Source: a virus (Duplodnaviria; Caudoviricetes). From it: a stretch of 41,079 nt of DNA. Within the stretch, counting starts at the first letter, position 1; the number at the start of each line of letters is the position of its first letter. Location of the stretch: positions 1-41,079 of IMG/VR virus record IMGVR_UViG_3300020045_003022; one strand, written 5' to 3'. Shown here piece by piece: positions 14,278-21,699 of the stretch. The notes beneath the pieces are model-generated. The model did no database searches. It was given only the letters and a program-made list of their open reading frames with translations, and was not told where the DNA came from. The position numbers and the translations under genes were made by a program.

Positions 14278-15061
14278 TGTTGCTTTCCTTGTGGTAAGTG
14301 CCTTCGATTATTTTTCTGAAATTCTTGGCGTTGAAGATCCAGTCAAAATTGCAAGCCTTCCAGTCTTTTTCGCCCATCAGAAACGGCGACTGCGCGACGT
14401 AACCAAAATACCGCTCAAAGAAATCAAGCGAGCCGTATTCGGGTTCTTTCATCCAGATCAATCGCACAGCCTTCATTCTGTCTGCGTCTAGCTTCCTTGG
14501 TTGCGGGAACGATGGCAGCTTTTCACGAAACGCCGCAAGGATCTTGTCATAAGGAATGCGAACCTGCTCAGGTTTATTTTCTTGCGAATCACCTAGCAAA
14601 TCGAGTGATTCGGCTTGCCGATCACAAGAAGGTTTTCCTTTATCTGTTTCTGTATTTGTATCTGTATGGTTGAACGTTCGTTCGTTCATTCGTTCAACGT
14701 TCGTTGAATTATCTTGCGCGAGCCCCTTTTTACGCGCAGCCCTAGCCCTTGCCGACGCCTTTCCAGCGCCAGAAGCTTTAAGGCTTTTGCTATTTACAGA
14801 TTCTAAATCAGCCTCAACACGGAAATGAATCCACTGATTTCCGTCCTCAAAAAAGAATTCGCGCAACGTTTCTTTAACGTCAACCCAACGTTCGTTGGAC
14901 ATTCGTACAACCGGCGCTAATCGTTCGTGACGCAATGGTTTTCCTGTTTGCCAGTAGCTAAACAAAAGCAATAGGTATGCTCCGTGCTCCTCGGTCGTCA
15001 AGTGCTGCGTATCGGCAAGATAGTCGGCGACGTAAAGCTGCATATAAGGAAGAGCCGCCAT
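14270..15061 (-). CDS. Replication initiator, DUF1376/YdaU family
   Basis: MAALPYMQLYVADYLADTQHLTTEEHGAYLLLL; C-terminal FDWIF...NFRKIIEG.Y. Confidence 0.9.
   Translation of the reverse strand: MAALPYMQLYVADYLADTQHLTTEEHGAYLLLLFSYWQTGKPLRHERLAPVVRMSNERWVDVKETLREFFFEDGNQWIHFRVEADLESVNSKSLKASGAGKASARARAARKKGLAQDNSTNVERMNERTFNHTDTNTETDKGKPSCDRQAESLDLLGDSQENKPEQVRIPYDKILAAFREKLPSFPQPRKLDADRMKAVRLIWMKEPEYGSLDFFERYFGYVAQSPFLMGEKDWKACNFDWIFNAKNFRKIIEGTYHKESNNA
14671..14898. repeat. Three AACG-TT-CGTT palindromic boxes, putative origin iterons
   Basis: AACGTTCGTT at 14673, 14696 and 14887, inside the initiator gene. Confidence 0.6.
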
Positions 15062-15062
15062 A

Positions 15063-15452
15063 TTAGCCTCCCACCGCTAAAGGCGTCTTGGCTGCACGCC
15101 CAGCAATAAACTTCCGCTCAGCAACAAGCCCCTGATAGGCGTGGCTCTCCATGATTGCGCCTTCACCGTCGCTGCAATCCTGCATTGCGCGTACAACCAC
15201 AGAATCGCAAACTCGAAAAAATTCACGGCTGGGGTCTTTTCGATAACCGTCTAAGTGCGAGTGAATCATCGCCTCCATCTGCGCTGGGTTTTTTGTCTCC
15301 AAGTAGAAAAGCACCTTAAATGGAGCAGGAATGCCAGAGGATGATGAAAGCTGCTCAGCCCTGGCCATTGGATTCTTTGTGGTATACCCGACCTTTAAAA
15401 GCCCCGGCATAGCATCGTTTGCAAGGCAGTAAACAAAGCCCCAGTTGCTCAT
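15063..15452 (-). CDS. T5orf172/GIY-YIG-like domain protein
   Basis: GFVYCLAN.AMPGLLKVGYT...RAEQL...E...H..L...R....REFF. Confidence 0.85.
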   Translation of the reverse strand: MSNWGFVYCLANDAMPGLLKVGYTTKNPMARAEQLSSSSGIPAPFKVLFYLETKNPAQMEAMIHSHLDGYRKDPSREFFRVCDSVVVRAMQDCSDGEGAIMESHAYQGLVAERKFIAGRAAKTPLAVGG

Positions 15453-15619
15453 GCTGTTGCCTCCGCCTTTAGCTTTCCTGCGCTTTTAACCTGCAATTCA
15501 TACTGTCGCGCCATTGGCACGGTGTCGCCCCATCGGCTGATATTGTGTGGCCATATGCCAAGAGCATCGGCAAGCGCCTTTATCCCGCCGTAGTACTGGA
15601 TCGCGTCTTTCGTCTTCAT
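15449..15619 (-). CDS. cro: Cro-family repressor (56 aa; not in ORF track)
   Basis: MKTKDAIQYYGGIKALADALGIWPHNISRWGDTVPMARQYELQVKSAGKLKA; AGGTG RBS; first gene of the replication operon. Confidence 0.88.
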   Translation of the reverse strand: MKTKDAIQYYGGIKALADALGIWPHNISRWGDTVPMARQYELQVKSAGKLKAEATA

Positions 15620-15683
15620 AAATTGCACCTAGGTGTTTACGCTTGAGTAGACAGCGTACCACAAAATTTAGATAAAAAAAGCC

Positions 15684-15712
15684 TTGCTAGCCGTGATTTT
15701 TGGCTATAGATT
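15684..15712 (+). promoter_or_regulatory. sigma70 promoter TTGCTA-17-TAGATT with overlapping TAGCC-N9-GGCTA inverted repeat
   Basis: Lies in the divergent intergenic region, upstream of the recombination operon. Confidence 0.55.
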
Positions 15713-15743
15713 GACGAACACCAACCACACAACGGAGCCGCAA

Positions 15744-16574
15744 ATGAAACCAGGCATCTACACCAGCGACCAGCTCAGTAATGAGCAGTACCACGCAAGC
15801 GAAGGGGTAAGCAATTCCGGCCTTAAACTGATCTTGCGCAGTCCGGCCCACTTTAAGGGCCGGCCAAAATACGACAGCACCCGAGCAAAAGAAATCGGCA
15901 GCGCGATTCACTGCGCGATTCTAGAGCCAGAGCGTTACAAAACTGATTACGTCATAGTCAACTGCGCAGACCGAAAGAAAAAAGAGTACAACGACGCATG
16001 CAAGCTGAACCCAAAAGACCGGACACTAACGCGCGATGAGGGTGAAGGCGTGTCCGGAATGCAGCGCGCAGTGTTTGGAAACACCGCTGCACGGTCGATG
16101 CTGCTGGCGTGTCCTGGCCGCGAAGTGTCGGTTTTTGCAATCGACCCAGAAACCGGACTACTGGTTAAGTGCCGCTTTGACATTGCACCCAATGCAGGCG
16201 TGGCCGGAGATCTGAAAAAATGCCAAGATGTGCGCCCGCGTGAATTCTCAAATTCGATTCAGTCATACGGCTATCACATGCAGGTTGCGTTCTATTCCGA
16301 TGTGTATTACTGGGCGACTGGCGAGCGCATTCACTCGATGCCGATTATTGCCGTAGAGGAGCAGCGCCCGCACGCCTGCAAGGTTTACGAGATTGGGCAA
16401 GAGTCAATCGACGTAGGCCGCGCCATGTATCGCAAAGCACTGGATATTTACAAAGAATCACTAGACAGTGGCGAATGGCCTGCGTATGGTGACGAAGTTG
16501 AACCGATTGAGATACCGCACTGGGCGCTAGAGCGCGCAGACGAAACAGACCTTAGCTCACTGGAGGAAGTGTAA
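15744..16574 (+). CDS. RecE/exonuclease VIII-like PD-(D/E)XK nuclease (DUF3799)
   Basis: SNEQYH...GVSNSGLK...GSAIHCAILEP...KCRFD...DLK...YGYHMQVAFY. Confidence 0.9.
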   Translation: MKPGIYTSDQLSNEQYHASEGVSNSGLKLILRSPAHFKGRPKYDSTRAKEIGSAIHCAILEPERYKTDYVIVNCADRKKKEYNDACKLNPKDRTLTRDEGEGVSGMQRAVFGNTAARSMLLACPGREVSVFAIDPETGLLVKCRFDIAPNAGVAGDLKKCQDVRPREFSNSIQSYGYHMQVAFYSDVYYWATGERIHSMPIIAVEEQRPHACKVYEIGQESIDVGRAMYRKALDIYKESLDSGEWPAYGDEVEPIEIPHWALERADETDLSSLEEV

Positions 16575-17155
16575 TGGAAGAAATGAACATTCGAGAGTTC
16601 GTCAAGATCAAGTCTGACCGCTTGAACTATGAGGACTTTATTATGGGTCCGCAGGATTTCACGATTGCAAAGCTTGGCCGAAAGACTGACCAAGGCAATG
16701 TGCGCCTGTTGATGTTTTTTGCTGGCCGCGAAGAAACGCCGTACTGGGTTCCGAAAGGCATGGTTAAATGCTTGTCTAATCCAGAAGGATGGGGCGAAGA
16801 TCCTTTTTCGGAATGGATTGGACGTCGCGTGCGCCTGTTTGGTGAGCCGACCGTTGTGTATGCAGGCAAAGAGCTTGGCGGCATTCGTATCAGCGCAATA
16901 AGCGACATTAACCACGCATACTCCACAAAGATCACAGAGCGTCGCGGCGTGCGTATCGACTACGTTATCAGTCCGCTTCTTGACGCGATCTATCCTGCTG
17001 CACTATTCACCGAAAAACTACCAGCAATGCGCGGCGCTATCCAGACCGGGCGTATGACCGCAGAACAAGTAATCAGCCACGCCGAGAAAACCGGCAAGCT
17101 GACAGACGAACAGAAGGCCGCTATTTCGGCGCCTTTTAATGATGAGGAAGCATAA
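16574..17155 (+). CDS. Conserved uncharacterised protein in the recombinase (SSAP) position
   Basis: [10 protein letters not shown]...WG.D...WIGRRVRLF...GGIRIS motif, between the exonuclease and SSB. Confidence 0.75.
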   Translation: MEEMNIREFVKIKSDRLNYEDFIMGPQDFTIAKLGRKTDQGNVRLLMFFAGREETPYWVPKGMVKCLSNPEGWGEDPFSEWIGRRVRLFGEPTVVYAGKELGGIRISAISDINHAYSTKITERRGVRIDYVISPLLDAIYPAALFTEKLPAMRGAIQTGRMTAEQVISHAEKTGKLTDEQKAAISAPFNDEEA

Positions 17156-17156
17156 T

Positions 17157-17612
17157 ATGGCGCGCGGCGTAAACAAGGTTATTTTGGTTGGCACACTCGG
17201 CCAAGATCCAGAAGTTAAATACATGCCAAGCGGCGACGCAGTTTGCAATTTGTCGCTGGCAACATCCGAGCAATGGACAGACAAAAAGACCAACCAGAAG
17301 GTTGAAAAGACTGAATGGCACCGGGTAGCTATGTTCGGCAAGGTTGCTGAGATTGCCGGCGAGTATCTGCGCAAGGGGTCGCAATGCTATATCGAGGGCA
17401 AGCTACAGACTCGCGAATGGGAAAAGGATGGCATTAAGCGATATACCACTGAGATTGTCGTAGATATGCGCGGCACCATGCAGCTGCTTGGCGGTAAAGA
17501 CTCTGGCGGTAAGCGTGATGATTCGGCGCCGCAGCAGTCGCGGCCAACTCAGCAGCCGGCAGAAAAACCTGCGCCAGACTACGATAGCTTTGACGACGAC
17601 ATCCCATTCTAA
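17157..17612 (+). CDS. ssb: Single-stranded DNA-binding protein
   Basis: [12 protein letters not shown]...TEWHRV...DDDIPF. Confidence 0.97.
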   Translation: MARGVNKVILVGTLGQDPEVKYMPSGDAVCNLSLATSEQWTDKKTNQKVEKTEWHRVAMFGKVAEIAGEYLRKGSQCYIEGKLQTREWEKDGIKRYTTEIVVDMRGTMQLLGGKDSGGKRDDSAPQQSRPTQQPAEKPAPDYDSFDDDIPF

Positions 17613-17659
17613 CAACCACGCGCCAGCCTAAACCCCTGGCGCATCACCAAGGAACAAAC

Positions 17660-17959
17660 ATGCTAAACCACTACGAAAACAACATCCTAAAATGGGCAGA
17701 AGATCGCCAGATTCTGCAAAACAGCACGGCGCTTGCACAGTTCGCAAAGCTGGTATCTGAGGTTGGCGAGCTGGCGGACAATATCGCCAAAGGTAAGTGC
17801 GTAAAAGATGACATTGGCGATTGCTTTGTGGTCCTGTGCATTATCGCAAACATGAAAGGCTTGACCATGGATGAATGCGCGGCGCAAGCATGGAATGACA
17901 TCAAGGACCGCAAAGGCTATCTGTCGGCGGATGGCGTGTTTGTTAAGGTTGTTGATTGA
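17660..17959 (+). CDS. MazG-like nucleotide pyrophosphohydrolase
   Basis: WAEDRQI...Q..KLVSEVGEL...DDIGD...DIKDRKG...GVFVK. Confidence 0.9.
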   Translation: MLNHYENNILKWAEDRQILQNSTALAQFAKLVSEVGELADNIAKGKCVKDDIGDCFVVLCIIANMKGLTMDECAAQAWNDIKDRKGYLSADGVFVKVVD

Positions 17960-18147
17960 TGGCCGCAGCAAATAACCCGGCTCGCGGAAACGAATTGCCG
18001 CACGCGAAGCTAACGCCGGAGATTGTCGCTGAAATGCGTATTCGCGCCAGCATGGGCGTTACGCATTACCGTATGGCAAAGCAATACCGCGTGCATATCA
18101 ACACTGTGCAGCGCGCGGTTAGTTATCAGAACTGGTGGCACAAGTGA
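17959..18147 (+). CDS. Small HTH protein (resembles the C-terminal domain of HNH homing endonucleases)
   Basis: ARGNELPHAKLTPEIVAEMR...MAKQYRVHINTVQRAVSYQNW. Confidence 0.7.
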   Translation: MAAANNPARGNELPHAKLTPEIVAEMRIRASMGVTHYRMAKQYRVHINTVQRAVSYQNWWHK

Positions 18148-18272
18148 CACGCCGATATCAAGTCAAAATAAAAGGCCAGCCAGCCTTTAGCCTGATCTGC
18201 ACCGACGATCTAGAAGAGGCCGTGCGAGTTTGCGCGGCTATCTTTGGGGATCGGTTTGAGGGGATAGAGTAG
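18144..18272 (+). CDS. Hypothetical protein (42 aa; not in ORF track)
   Basis: GTGA-coupled ORF MTRRYQVKIKGQPAF... ending at the terminator. Confidence 0.45.
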   Translation: MTRRYQVKIKGQPAFSLICTDDLEEAVRVCAAIFGDRFEGIE

Positions 18273-18291
18273 GCCCGCATTGCGCGGGCCT
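18271..18291. terminator. Hairpin between convergent operons
   Basis: AGGCCCGC/GCGGGCCT stem between convergent stop codons. Confidence 0.65.
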
Positions 18292-18740
18292 TACCTTTCC
18301 CGATTCATAAACTCGTGCGCAGACTTCATCCATGCGTCATTGCGTTCGGCGTGCTCTAGTAGACTAACAACAAGTCTCTCAAGCCTGGCGTTATCGGCTG
18401 CGGTAGCTTCTGCAAGTGCGCCGGCACTATCAGCTCGCACGATGGCTGTATTTGCGTCTGCGCGGCACACCCTGATAGCGACACTGCCAGCAGCAAGACC
18501 AGCGCGCAGGCTGTCCGATTCTTTGCGCGCTTTATCCAGATCGGCCAGGTATTGCGATGTGTTGTCGTCATTGGATTTAACCTCACGATCTATGTAGACG
18601 ATTTTCTGTTCTGCTTGCACGACTTGCGTTGTTAGCTGGTCGTTTTCTACGCCACGCATAACAAAGCCGTGCCAGAGTAGCGTTAACAAGACGCCGGCAA
18701 AGAATGGTGCGCCGTATCGAACCCACCACGGAATAATCAC
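18291..18740 (-). CDS. Rz-like inner-membrane spanin
   Basis: N-terminal TM segment, coiled coil, LRAGLAAGSVAIRV motif; follows the endolysin. Confidence 0.8.
   Translation of the reverse strand: MIIPWWVRYGAPFFAGVLLTLLWHGFVMRGVENDQLTTQVVQAEQKIVYIDREVKSNDDNTSQYLADLDKARKESDSLRAGLAAGSVAIRVCRADANTAIVRADSAGALAEATAADNARLERLVVSLLEHAERNDAWMKSAHEFMNRER
18356..18571 (-). CDS. Rz1-like outer-membrane lipoprotein spanin embedded in Rz
   Basis: Basic residues, then LVLLLAVSLSG-C lipobox and a Pro-rich mature part, in an alternate frame within Rz. Confidence 0.7.
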   Translation of the reverse strand: MTTTHRNTWPIWIKRAKNRTACALVLLLAVSLSGCAAQTQIQPSCELIVPAHLQKLPQPITPGLRDLLLVY

Positions 18741-19132
18741 GGGTACTTGCTCTTTAGCAGCTCAAAGTGCGGGCCGTCATAGAATTTCTCGTCTTTTGAG
18801 TCGCCATCCATATCCCAATCGCCGCCCCAGCGGATTGGAATGCCTAACATCCTGGCAGCCGCAAACATGGCCTCAGCGATAGATAGGCAGCGATCCCATG
18901 GCGTAGGCTTGCCGACTGGGTAAAGGTCTACAGCGTGGCCGGTTAGGTGCCTGCTGTCCATTGTCTTGCTTGCGCCCTTGGAGACGTATTCGCGCTGCTT
19001 CTCGATGGTGCGCACGCCTTCAATGACGGTAAAGTCGATGTCAGACAGCGTTATCGCCAGCTTGACGACTTTGATTAGGTCCGGATGCACGCCGATTAGG
19101 CGCTCGGTGCTGCGTTTTGATAGCTCAAACAT
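18737..19132 (-). CDS. Endolysin, M15-family (L-Ala-D-Glu) peptidase
   Basis: GVHPDL...EGVRT...SRHLTGHAVD...WGGDW...DGPHFEL. Confidence 0.93.
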   Translation of the reverse strand: MFELSKRSTERLIGVHPDLIKVVKLAITLSDIDFTVIEGVRTIEKQREYVSKGASKTMDSRHLTGHAVDLYPVGKPTPWDRCLSIAEAMFAAARMLGIPIRWGGDWDMDGDSKDEKFYDGPHFELLKSKYP

Positions 19133-19134
19133 TA

Positions 19135-19150
19135 TGCAAACCTCATGCCA
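19135..19150 (-). promoter_or_regulatory. Late-motif-like sequence TGGCATGAGGTTTGCA overlapping the endolysin RBS
   Basis: GG-N10-GC spacing. A TGATATACT extended -10 lies just upstream, so the role is ambiguous. Confidence 0.4.
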
Positions 19151-19180
19151 TGTATTGACAGTATATCAGGAATAAAAAGT

Positions 19181-19209
19181 TTGACGTGGTGGATGGTGTT
19201 GTCTAGTAT
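19181..19209 (+). promoter_or_regulatory. sigma70 promoter TTGACG-17-TAGTAT for the plus-strand island
   Basis: Near-consensus hexamers, upstream A-tract, overlaps a TTGTCTAG box. Confidence 0.75.
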
Positions 19210-19254
19210 CATCCACATGCCAGACACAACGGATGGCGAAACGGAGTAACAGAG

Positions 19255-19560
19255 ATGACCATTTCAGTAATGAAACTTTGCACCATGTCCGAAGCCGACC
19301 TTAACAAGATGACAAAAGCCGAGCTTGTATCGTCAATCAAGCACGAGGCGTTTTATCCAGGCCACTACAAAAGCGAGGCCGAAAAGCTCCAAAAGCAGAT
19401 TAGCGAAAACGCCACAAGCGAGCGCGCCGCGTGTGTAATGCTTGCCGCAATGGTTGGCGTTCAAATGGACCGCAACGACTATAGCGGTCAGATTGAAACT
19501 CAAAAACTAAACATTCTTGAGCTTGTCGGCCTTGTGGCTGCAAAACTGGCTAACCGCTAA
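19255..19560 (+). CDS. Hypothetical protein (101 aa)
   Basis: GGAG RBS; first gene after the promoter. Confidence 0.75.
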   Translation: MTISVMKLCTMSEADLNKMTKAELVSSIKHEAFYPGHYKSEAEKLQKQISENATSERAACVMLAAMVGVQMDRNDYSGQIETQKLNILELVGLVAAKLANR

Positions 19561-19608
19561 ACTGATTGGCCGCTGATAATTTCGGCGGCCATTACTGGGG
19601 CAAATCAA

Positions 19609-19791
19609 ATGAAAACTCTACGCCTATGGTGGTCAACCAAAACCGACCACAAAAAACAAAACTGGTACATGCTAGCAATCGCGCTGTGCATCCTTGCATC
19701 TGGCTTTGTCGAGTTCTCACCATGGCTCGCCGGCTTTTCTGTTCTTCCGGCTGGTATGATGGTCGCACTTGAACTGAGCGCACCAGAATGA
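19609..19791 (+). CDS. Small membrane protein (60 aa)
   Basis: Two hydrophobic segments; ATGA-coupled. Confidence 0.6.
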   Translation: MKTLRLWWSTKTDHKKQNWYMLAIALCILASGFVEFSPWLAGFSVLPAGMMVALELSAPE

Positions 19792-19994
19792 CTTACGGCA
19801 TGTTCATCCAGCGCGGCAAGGGTCTGCCAACGCTTGTATGCTGGCGTGAAACACGCAAGGAAGCCGCTGTTGTCGCGCGCAGTATTCTAGACAGCAATCT
19901 AACCCCGTCAATCTTTCAAATTGAGTGGCCAGACGATGAATCTAAAGGAAATGCTAGAAGCGATGCTGCTGGCGCAGTACAATTATTACCATAG
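19788..19994 (+). CDS. Hypothetical protein (68 aa)
   Basis: Coupled ORF. Confidence 0.55.
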   Translation: MTYGMFIQRGKGLPTLVCWRETRKEAAVVARSILDSNLTPSIFQIEWPDDESKGNARSDAAGAVQLLP

Positions 19995-20154
19995 TGAACA
20001 CGATAGTGTTGGCACGAATGCGTTTAAATATCGACAAGCACGCACAGACTATATGGTCGCGTGCGCGGATTATGTAGCAGGATTGATTGCAGATGGAACA
20101 TACACCTATATACCTTGCAGGGCAGACGGCGCGCCTTCTGAATTTACCAATTGA
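19936..20154 (+). CDS. Hypothetical protein (~72 aa)
   Basis: MNLKEMLEAMLLAQ...; start re-assigned. Confidence 0.55.
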   Translation: MNLKEMLEAMLLAQYNYYHSEHDSVGTNAFKYRQARTDYMVACADYVAGLIADGTYTYIPCRADGAPSEFTN

Positions 20155-20326
20155 ACTCGCCGGAAACCGCACCGGAGATTGCCAAAAGACATGGCTTAAC
20201 GGATACGCCTCGGCAGTGCCATTGCAAACACAAATGGCGCGAAACAGGCGCAATCTTTTATCAAAGCCTTGATATTATTGAATGCGCGAATTGTCGCGGG
20301 TTCCAACTTATAGAGCAGCCAATTAA

Positions 20327-20536
20327 ATGACTAAGCAAAAAATAACATTTAGCATTACAGGAAACGAATCAGCCGCCATTTGCATAATTGACGAGCTGAT
20401 TCTAGGCGGATTCAATATAAAGTCAGAGTGCGTCGGTGAAGTTTGGCACATTGAAGCAGAACGCAATCTGCCAGAAGACGAAATCGTCCAAGAGATTGAT
20501 ATAAGCCAATACCAGAAGAAGCCGACAATTCATTAA
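20327..20536 (+). CDS. Hypothetical acidic protein (69 aa)
   Basis: AT-rich ORF at the end of the island. Confidence 0.6.
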   Translation: MTKQKITFSITGNESAAICIIDELILGGFNIKSECVGEVWHIEAERNLPEDEIVQEIDISQYQKKPTIH

Positions 20537-20552
20537 GTACCAGCGGACGTAA

Positions 20553-20576
20553 TCTGCCGAATGATGAGCCGGCAGA
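20553..20576. terminator. Hairpin between convergent genes
   Basis: TCTGCCG/CGGCAGA stem. Confidence 0.45.
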
Positions 20577-20606
20577 AACGTTGCATTAAAACTAAAACGA
20601 GATAAT

Positions 20607-21281
20607 TTAGCTATTTGGGAACGCTTCTGTTGGAGCTGTGAAGTTGGCCGTATAGCGAGCAACGCCTGCGGTAATGCGCAGCTCGTCAATGTAGCCGTTC
20701 AAGAAGTCGGCCCCGCCAAAAGCGTTGCGAGCAAGGTTTAGGCCGCGAAAGTCCACATCCCCAGAGTGTGTTCCTGACGCTAGCTGCGTCCCATCTTGAA
20801 AGATGCGCACCGTGGTGCCTGACTTGGTTAGCGCGATATGCCGCCATACCGTTTTTGCGTTTATGGTGAAACTGCTCAAAGCAGACAGGTTTCCGAAAGC
20901 CACGTTTCCGTAGTTGATATAAGAACGTACCGGAGAGTTGCCCATAAAGAACGGGTACGAGGTGCCCGTTGTAGTCTCGTAAAGCCAAAACTCAATGGTG
21001 AAGTCACCCGCGAATAGGAGCGCCGCGTCGTTGCTCGCAACTATGTAGTCGCCGCTACCGTCGAATGCTATTGAGCCAGTTCCGTATTTTTTGTTTGCCG
21101 TTGAATTTTGAGCGTTGCCGTTTGCTGCCCAGGTTATTACACCCTTTTCGTCCACGAACGTCTGACTACCATTTGCTCCGTCCCCCCGCAGGAGGGCTGC
21201 TACAGACGCCCAGTAGGGATCTGTCGCGGGTGGCGCCGCCGGAAAAACAGGGATACCGCAAGACACAATACCGGCCATCAT
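20607..21281 (-). CDS. LamG/concanavalin A-like lectin domain virion protein
   Basis: [11 protein letters not shown]...GDFTIEFW...WRHIALT...[18 protein letters not shown]. Confidence 0.85.
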   Translation of the reverse strand: MMAGIVSCGIPVFPAAPPATDPYWASVAALLRGDGANGSQTFVDEKGVITWAANGNAQNSTANKKYGTGSIAFDGSGDYIVASNDAALLFAGDFTIEFWLYETTTGTSYPFFMGNSPVRSYINYGNVAFGNLSALSSFTINAKTVWRHIALTKSGTTVRIFQDGTQLASGTHSGDVDFRGLNLARNAFGGADFLNGYIDELRITAGVARYTANFTAPTEAFPNS

Positions 21282-21697
21282 ACTGGCCACACCATAACTG
21301 GTAGACCTACCAGCACCTCAGTCTCAGTGGGGATTGTGCGCGCACCACTCTGAACATCAGCAAGAAGCTGGTAGCCGTACTCCCAGCACTGATCGCGCCA
21401 AACAACGCCAGCCTGGCCCTCTGCCTTGAATTTCTCGCTAGTACTGGTGGCATAGGTGCAAAGGCTAAGTATCCCATCATACCCGCGCGTTATAGCCTCT
21501 GCGTCCATTTGCGACTGCACGATGCGAGTAAGCCTAGACATTGCCTGCTGCGATGTTTCTACGGCGGCGGGTTCTGGCGTATTTCCAGCCGCAAGCCACG
21601 CATCATACGCAAAGCCGTAGCTTTCTTCCGCAGGCAAAGCAATCACGGCCCGCTCAGGCAAGTACATTACGCTGTGGTCATCTATGATCTGGTACAT
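21278..21697 (-). CDS. Tail-fibre assembly/chaperone-like protein
   Basis: [14 protein letters not shown]...[15 protein letters not shown]...[13 protein letters not shown]...LP...WP, directly after the fibre gene. Confidence 0.65.
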   Translation of the reverse strand: MYQIIDDHSVMYLPERAVIALPAEESYGFAYDAWLAAGNTPEPAAVETSQQAMSRLTRIVQSQMDAEAITRGYDGILSLCTYATSTSEKFKAEGQAGVVWRDQCWEYGYQLLADVQSGARTIPTETEVLVGLPVMVWPV

Positions 21698-21699
21698 GG

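Noticed and set aside
17620-17642. GCGCCAG/CTGGCGC hairpin after ssb as a terminator
   Set aside because: No U-tract and the operon continues; it may be a stability or processing hairpin.
20553-20580. ATGATGAG...GAAAC as a hammerhead ribozyme core
   Set aside because: It lacks CUGAUGA and the required stems; a simple hairpin explains it.
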